Below are positions 59,046 to 64,000 of a DNA stretch of 64,000 nt, in pieces (the stretch's first letter is position 1; each line of letters begins with the position of its first letter). Location: assembly GCA_965202985.1 (NCBI GenBank), contig CBDBCF010000001.1, positions 1,984,001 through 2,048,000 on the forward strand, in the 5' to 3' direction. The stretch comes from Longimicrobiales bacterium (GTDB lineage: Bacteria > Gemmatimonadota > Gemmatimonadetes > Longimicrobiales > Gaopeijiaceae). A program made the translations under genes and the position numbers. Under the pieces are notes generated by a model. The model ran no database searches. It saw only the letters and a list, made by a program, of their open reading frames with translations, and was not told where the DNA came from.

Positions 59046-61322
59046 CCAAGCACGATAACCGTTCGCCGCGCCGTATGCACAGCCGGTTTGATTGCCCTTG
59101 TTCTTGGCGGCGCGCGCGCCCAGGCGCAGGCCCAAGCTCAGGGGGCCGCCGACCAAGCAGGGATCGCCCCGGCGCCCGCCGTCGTCACCATTCCCCGGCT
59201 GGACGGCGCGATTCGGCTGGACGGTGTCGTGGACGAGCCGGCTTGGGAAGCGGTCGAGCCTTTCGTCATGACGATGTACACGCCCAACTTCGGCGGCGAA
59301 CTCACGGAGGCGACGGAGGTGCGGATGGCGCACGACGACCGCTTTCTCTACGTGTCGGGCCGGATGTACGACTCGGAGCCGGACCGCATCCGCACGAACA
59401 CCTTCTACCGGGATCAGTACAGCGGAGACGACATCATGGCCGTGGTCATCGACAGCTACAACGACTACAAGACGGCCGTGTGGTTCGTCACCAATCCGGC
59501 GGGCGTTCGCCAGGACCGCACGGTGTCCAACGACGCGCAGTTCACTTCGGGAAGGCCCATGAACGCGGACTGGAACTCGCACTGGGACGTGGCGACCAGC
59601 CGCAACGACGAGGGCTGGTTCGCGGAGTTCCGGATCCCGTTCTCGACGCTGGGGTTCCAGGTGTCCGGCGGCGAAACCACGATGGGTCTCATCGTCTACC
59701 GCCTGGTGGCGCGCAAGAACGAGCGACAGCTGTATCCCGCGATCGACCCCAAGTGGGGCGGACTGGGGTTCGCCAAACCGTCGCAAGCGCAGCGGATCGT
59801 GCTGCGGGACGTGCGCCAGTCCACGCCCGTCTACGTGACGCCGTACTCGTTGGGCGGTTTCGACCGCACACCGGCCCCCGACGCCGGTGGGCCGCCCGAC
59901 TACGATCCGACCGCCGAGGCCGGCCTCGACGTCAAGTACTCGCCCACGTCCAACTTGGCCTTGGACTTGACGCTCAACACCGATTTTGCACAAGTAGAAG
60001 CCGACGACCAGCAGATCAACTTGACGCGCTTTGCACTGTTCTTCCCGGAGAAGCGGCAGTTCTTCCAGGAGCGCGCGTCGACGTTCGACTTCAACACGGG
60101 CGGCTTCTTCAACCGCCTCTTTCACAGCCGGCAGATTGGGCTGGCGTCCGGCGAAGTCGTGCGCATCTACGGGGGTGCCCGCGCAGTGGGCCGGGCCGGC
60201 GGCACCGACTTCGGCTTCTTGAACATGCAAACGGCGGCCCACGGCGACCGGTCGTCGGAGAACATGGGCGTGCTGCGCGTGCGCCAGCAGGTGTTCAACC
60301 CGTACTCGACGGTGGGCGCCATGGCGACTACGCGCTTGGGCTCGCACGGCGAGAACAACATCGCCTATGGCCTGGACGCCGTGCTGCGGGTTGCGGGCGA
60401 CGAGTACCTGCTTGTGCAGTGGGCGCACACCTTCGACGAGGCGGCCAGTCAAGCGGGAGGCCTGGAGTCGGGCCTTGCCAGGGCCAGATGGGAACGCCGG
60501 CGCGACGAAGGCGTCTCCTATCACGGCGAAGTGGTGAGGGCCGGGCGCGACTACCTGCCGGGTCTGGGGTTCCAGTTGCGCAAGGACTTCACCTCCGCGG
60601 CGGGCCGGCTTCGCTACCGACGGTTCGTCGGCGCGCAGTCGCCGTTGCGCTCGTGGGCGGCCAACCTCAGCACCTCGCAGTACTTCCGCAACGACGACGG
60701 TGCGGCCGAGTCGCGAGAGTTCGCGCCCGAGATCGAGTTCGAGTTCAAGGGCGGCGCGCGGCTGACCACCGGCGTCACGTCCAGCTTCGAGAGCGTGCCC
60801 GACTCCTTTCCCATATCCGACGTGCACGTCCTGCCGGGCGACTACTGGTTTCACCAGGGCAACGCCATGCTCACGCTGGCCCGAAGCGACAACTTCCGGG
60901 GCCAGTTCAACGCGTCGGCCGGCAGCTTTTACGGCGGTCGCCTGCTGGGCATGGCCCTGAATCCGGTGTGGAACGCGTCCAAGTATCTGGAACTGGGTGC
61001 CGGCTACGAGGTCAACCGACTGACCTTCTCGGATCGAGACGTTGCGGCCACCGCCCACTTGGGCCGCGTGAAGGTGCAGACGGCGCTCAATCCCCGCGTG
61101 TCGATGACCACGTTTGCGCAGTACAACAGCGTTACCCGGAGCACCGCCGTGAACGCCCGTTTTCGCTATCACTTCCGCGAGGGCACCGACCTTTGGGTCG
61201 TGTACAACGAAGGCTTGGACCATGATGCGGCGGTGGGCGCGGGCGGGTCGCGCTTCGGTCGCGGCGTCCGGTCCACGGGCCGCACGCTGCTGGTCAAGTA
61301 CTCCCACGCCGTCGTCCGTTGA
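59028..61322 (+). CDS. CBM9-like/DUF5916 outer-membrane protein; start uncertain (59028-59088)
   Basis: LDGVVDEPAW, GWFAEFRIPF, NTDFAQVEAD, NLTRF..FPEKRQFF. Confidence 0.85.
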   Translation: MIQHAHPSTITVRRAVCTAGLIALVLGGARAQAQAQAQGAADQAGIAPAPAVVTIPRLDGAIRLDGVVDEPAWEAVEPFVMTMYTPNFGGELTEATEVRMAHDDRFLYVSGRMYDSEPDRIRTNTFYRDQYSGDDIMAVVIDSYNDYKTAVWFVTNPAGVRQDRTVSNDAQFTSGRPMNADWNSHWDVATSRNDEGWFAEFRIPFSTLGFQVSGGETTMGLIVYRLVARKNERQLYPAIDPKWGGLGFAKPSQAQRIVLRDVRQSTPVYVTPYSLGGFDRTPAPDAGGPPDYDPTAEAGLDVKYSPTSNLALDLTLNTDFAQVEADDQQINLTRFALFFPEKRQFFQERASTFDFNTGGFFNRLFHSRQIGLASGEVVRIYGGARAVGRAGGTDFGFLNMQTAAHGDRSSENMGVLRVRQQVFNPYSTVGAMATTRLGSHGENNIAYGLDAVLRVAGDEYLLVQWAHTFDEAASQAGGLESGLARARWERRRDEGVSYHGEVVRAGRDYLPGLGFQLRKDFTSAAGRLRYRRFVGAQSPLRSWAANLSTSQYFRNDDGAAESREFAPEIEFEFKGGARLTTGVTSSFESVPDSFPISDVHVLPGDYWFHQGNAMLTLARSDNFRGQFNASAGSFYGGRLLGMALNPVWNASKYLELGAGYEVNRLTFSDRDVAATAHLGRVKVQTALNPRVSMTTFAQYNSVTRSTAVNARFRYHFREGTDLWVVYNEGLDHDAAVGAGGSRFGRGVRSTGRTLLVKYSHAVVR

Positions 61323-62692
61323 CGCGAGGACGCCTGCCTGCCGCGGCCGCGGCTGCGGTGTTCCTGGCCGCCGTCTGGCCGGCTCCTGCGCTCCGGGACG
61401 CCGCCACGCATGCGCCCGTGCACTTTGCGCAATTGGAGACGCCGCCGGCCTACTTGATCGGCGCGCCGCTCTTCGGGCTCTGGGACACCTTGACGCTGTT
61501 GACTTGGCCCAGCCAACACGTGGCCGTGCTGGCGTCGCTGGCACTGATCTACCTGTTGCGTCGCATCTTCGCTCGCCGAGGCCGGGGCGGGTTCGTGCGC
61601 CGAGCCGCCGCCGAGGTGCTCCGAGCCGTTGTCGCACTGATCTGCCTGGTTGCATTCTACGTGGGCGGCATCCTGCTTCCGCGCCCCATGACCGGACTCC
61701 GGCTGGACGAACCGGAGCTCGTCGCCGTGGACTTCCACTCACATACGAACCACTCTCACGACGAAGCGTCCCGGGTGGTCGGCGAAGTCGATTTGGGACT
61801 GTTCGATCCCTTGCTCGCCCCGCTCTTCGACCGCTGGCCCACGTTCACCGTCGTCGCCAACCGGAGCTGGCACCAAGACGCAGGCTTCGGCGCGGCCTAC
61901 GTGACCGACCACTACACCTGGGCGGGCGTGGACGACGCGACCGCGAGCAATCCCGCGCGGCCGGGCGCCGCCGGTCACACGCTGCTGCTCAGCGGCGTCG
62001 AGCTGCGCCTAAGGGATCGCCACACCAACGCCCTGGGAGGACGCGAGCGCTATGTGTTTGCGCTGGACAGCACTTGGCACCACTTGGACGCCGATTCCCT
62101 GGCCGCCGACCAGGCACGCGGCGGACGCCCGCCCACCCTGCTGCACATCCTTGTCCGCGGCCGCCCGTTAGGGGAAGTCGTTGCGTTCGGCTCCGAGTCG
62201 CCGGCGGGAGCGGTCGGCATCGAGCTGTCCAATGGAGGATTGGAACTCGAACAGGTTCGGGCGGAACGCAGCGAGATACTGGCGCTGGCCGACTCGCTGG
62301 ACTTGGCCGTGGTCGCCGGCTCCAACCAGCACGGATGGAGTCGCACGGCCGTCGCGTGGAGCGTCATGGATGTCCCCGGTTGGCGGGACATGACGCCTCG
62401 GCGCATGGAAGACGCCATCGAGGCCGTGCTTCACGAAGAGCGTCGCGAAGCCGTCGTCGTCGTGGAGCGGCGGATGCCCTACCACGACGGGTCGTACGTG
62501 CTCATGGCCATCACACTGCCCTGGGTGCTGTGGGAGCACTTCCGAGTGCTGGCGCCGCCGGAGCGCATCTCGTGGCTGGCCTGGGCGGTGGTGGCCGTCT
62601 TGATCGCGCATGTCGTCCCCCGTCGAGAGCACCCTGACGGCGCCGAACGCCGAGCAGGCCGCGCCGGCCGGCCCGATTCCCGCCGCCGCTGA
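61319..62692 (+). CDS. Membrane-bound PHP-domain protein
   Basis: DFHSHTNHSHD, VTDH, SGVE, GSNQH; flanking TM helices. Confidence 0.75.
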   Translation: MTRGRLPAAAAAAVFLAAVWPAPALRDAATHAPVHFAQLETPPAYLIGAPLFGLWDTLTLLTWPSQHVAVLASLALIYLLRRIFARRGRGGFVRRAAAEVLRAVVALICLVAFYVGGILLPRPMTGLRLDEPELVAVDFHSHTNHSHDEASRVVGEVDLGLFDPLLAPLFDRWPTFTVVANRSWHQDAGFGAAYVTDHYTWAGVDDATASNPARPGAAGHTLLLSGVELRLRDRHTNALGGRERYVFALDSTWHHLDADSLAADQARGGRPPTLLHILVRGRPLGEVVAFGSESPAGAVGIELSNGGLELEQVRAERSEILALADSLDLAVVAGSNQHGWSRTAVAWSVMDVPGWRDMTPRRMEDAIEAVLHEERREAVVVVERRMPYHDGSYVLMAITLPWVLWEHFRVLAPPERISWLAWAVVAVLIAHVVPRREHPDGAERRAGRAGRPDSRRR

Positions 62693-62703
62693 CACGCCAG
62701 ACC

Positions 62704-63330
62704 ATGTTCGGCGTCTATCTGCGCCTGGGCTTCGAGCACCTGCTGGACTTTCGGGCGTACGACCACCTGCTGTTCCTGGCCGTCCTGTGCGCCCCCTATC
62801 CGCCGGCTCGCTGGCGCGAGCTGCTCGTGTTGGTCACGGCGTTCACGGTTGGCCATTCCGTATCCCTGGCCTTTGCTACCTTGGGCTGGGTTCGCTTGGA
62901 CGGCGATGTGGTGGAGTACCTCATCCTGGCCACGATCGCCGCCACCGCAGCGGGCAACTTGGTGCTGGCGGCGCGGGCGCCATCGGCGATGCCAGGAGGC
63001 GAGGCAGGTCCAGCAGTCGGTGTGCGTTCGCGCTGGTCGCTCTCCCGCTATGTGGCGGCCGTCGTGTTCGGGGTCGTCCACGGCTTGGGGTTCTCCACCT
63101 TCCTGCGGCTGGCCTTGGGCGCCGAGCGAAGCCTGTTCCTGCCGCTGCTGTCGTTCAACGTCGGCCTGGAGCTTGCCCAAGTCGCGGCGGTCGGCCTGCT
63201 GCTGGCCTTGGCGTTTGCGGCGACAAAGGTATTGCGCACGCCGCCCGGCGCCTGGAACGCCACCGTATCCGTGACGGGAGGCGCGTGGGCGCTGGCACTG
63301 GCGGCGTCGCGACTGCTGTTCGGGGTTTGA
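62704..63330 (+). CDS. HupE/UreJ family membrane protein
   Basis: GFEHLL..YDHLLF, AFTVGHS, FGVVHGLGF, FNVGLE. Confidence 0.9.
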   Translation: MFGVYLRLGFEHLLDFRAYDHLLFLAVLCAPYPPARWRELLVLVTAFTVGHSVSLAFATLGWVRLDGDVVEYLILATIAATAAGNLVLAARAPSAMPGGEAGPAVGVRSRWSLSRYVAAVVFGVVHGLGFSTFLRLALGAERSLFLPLLSFNVGLELAQVAAVGLLLALAFAATKVLRTPPGAWNATVSVTGGAWALALAASRLLFGV

Positions 63331-63397
63331 GGGCGATGCAACGAGACCCGTCGAACAACGGGAGATTTGGCGGGCGAAGCGAAGCAATGGGATCCAT

Positions 63398-63437
63398 GTG
63401 ACAGATTCTCGGACAAATTCATGGAGGAATCTGTCAC
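63398..63437. other. 11-bp inverted repeat between convergent genes
   Basis: GTGACAGATTC-N18-GAATCTGTCAC; right arm overlaps minus-strand stop; no U tract. Confidence 0.6.
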
Positions 63438-64000
63438 GACACTGCCGTTGCCGGGCCACCCACCGCCATCCAGCAGACCACGCCCACATCGTCGGTGGTG
63501 ACGGGCCGGCGCTCCGGGGGCGGTTCCACGACTCGGAGGCCGAAAGAGCGGACGACTTCGGCGATGCGGAGGGCGGCGTCGCTGCGGGTGATTTCGTTGC
63601 GCTCGGTCTGGCGCTTTATCTCGCCCAGCGCTCGGCGAACGGGCTGGTTGCGGCCGACGCCCAAGGCCTGATAGGCGGTCTCGCCGCCGGGGGGTAGGGT
63701 GACCGACGGGTCGGCGAGCAGGGTCTGGGCCCAGGCTTGGATTTTGCCGACGGAACGAGACCGGGAGCCGGCGGCGGCTTGGCCTCCGGGCTGGCCTCCG
63801 GGCATCGCGAGGGCGTTGTGCTCCTCGACGATTGAGCGGGCCGCCCGCTCCCACGCCGCTTCCAAGTCGATATCCGTTGGGGCTTCCACGCCGGGCGCAG
63901 AGCCCGGGTCGATGCGACGGAGGATCGCCGCGGGCTCGACGAGCACGTTGTCGGCGTCCACGTAGCGCCAGTAGCGTTCGCCCTCGACACGGCAGGCGAA
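63434..64000 (-). CDS. C-terminal part of probable helicase-related protein (5'-partial)
   Basis: Frame open to window edge; ends DDVGVVCWMAV, resembling tails of SNF2-like helicases found near restriction loci (recall only). Confidence 0.45.
   Translation of the reverse strand, partial: FACRVEGERYWRYVDADNVLVEPAAILRRIDPGSAPGVEAPTDIDLEAAWERAARSIVEEHNALAMPGGQPGGQAAAGSRSRSVGKIQAWAQTLLADPSVTLPPGGETAYQALGVGRNQPVRRALGEIKRQTERNEITRSDAALRIAEVVRSFGLRVVEPPPERRPVTTDDVGVVCWMAVGGPATAVS

Noticed and set aside
58146..61742. Two long overlapping ORFs (1058 and 1194 aa) as dual-coding
   Set aside because: Each N-terminal extension is the antisense of the other real gene

Overview
GC-rich bacterial chromosomal segment; gene content and style suggest Gemmatimonadota, possibly a marine or host-associated lineage (inference only). 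It holds about 55 CDSs and one tRNA-Pro(GGG). In order: a sulfotransferase/MpaB-like oxygenase/acyltransferase trio; a GT-C glycosyltransferase flanked by decayed gene fragments; a Rieske oxygenase; a complete urease cluster (ureABC-EFG-D) with a small acidic upstream ORF and a ureF lacking a canonical start; an S9 peptidase; a lower-GC islet with an ABC-type ATPase plus small putative PD-(D/E)xK nuclease (best candidate for an undescribed defence system) and an SGNH protein; a degenerate Rpn gene; a DNA-repair cluster (xth, fpg-like, alkA-like, ogt) around fabV; a tandem metalloprotease/beta-barrel/metalloprotease module; a 3-keto-glycoside catabolic operon with panB inside it; a six-unit 19-bp repeat array; a hydroxyproline-dehydratase/symporter/peptidase operon; a sigma54-driven split ABC membrane-domain locus; several secreted hydrolases; and the 3' end of a probable helicase. 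No CRISPR array, rRNA or intact IS was seen. All family calls come from motif recognition by eye, not database searches.
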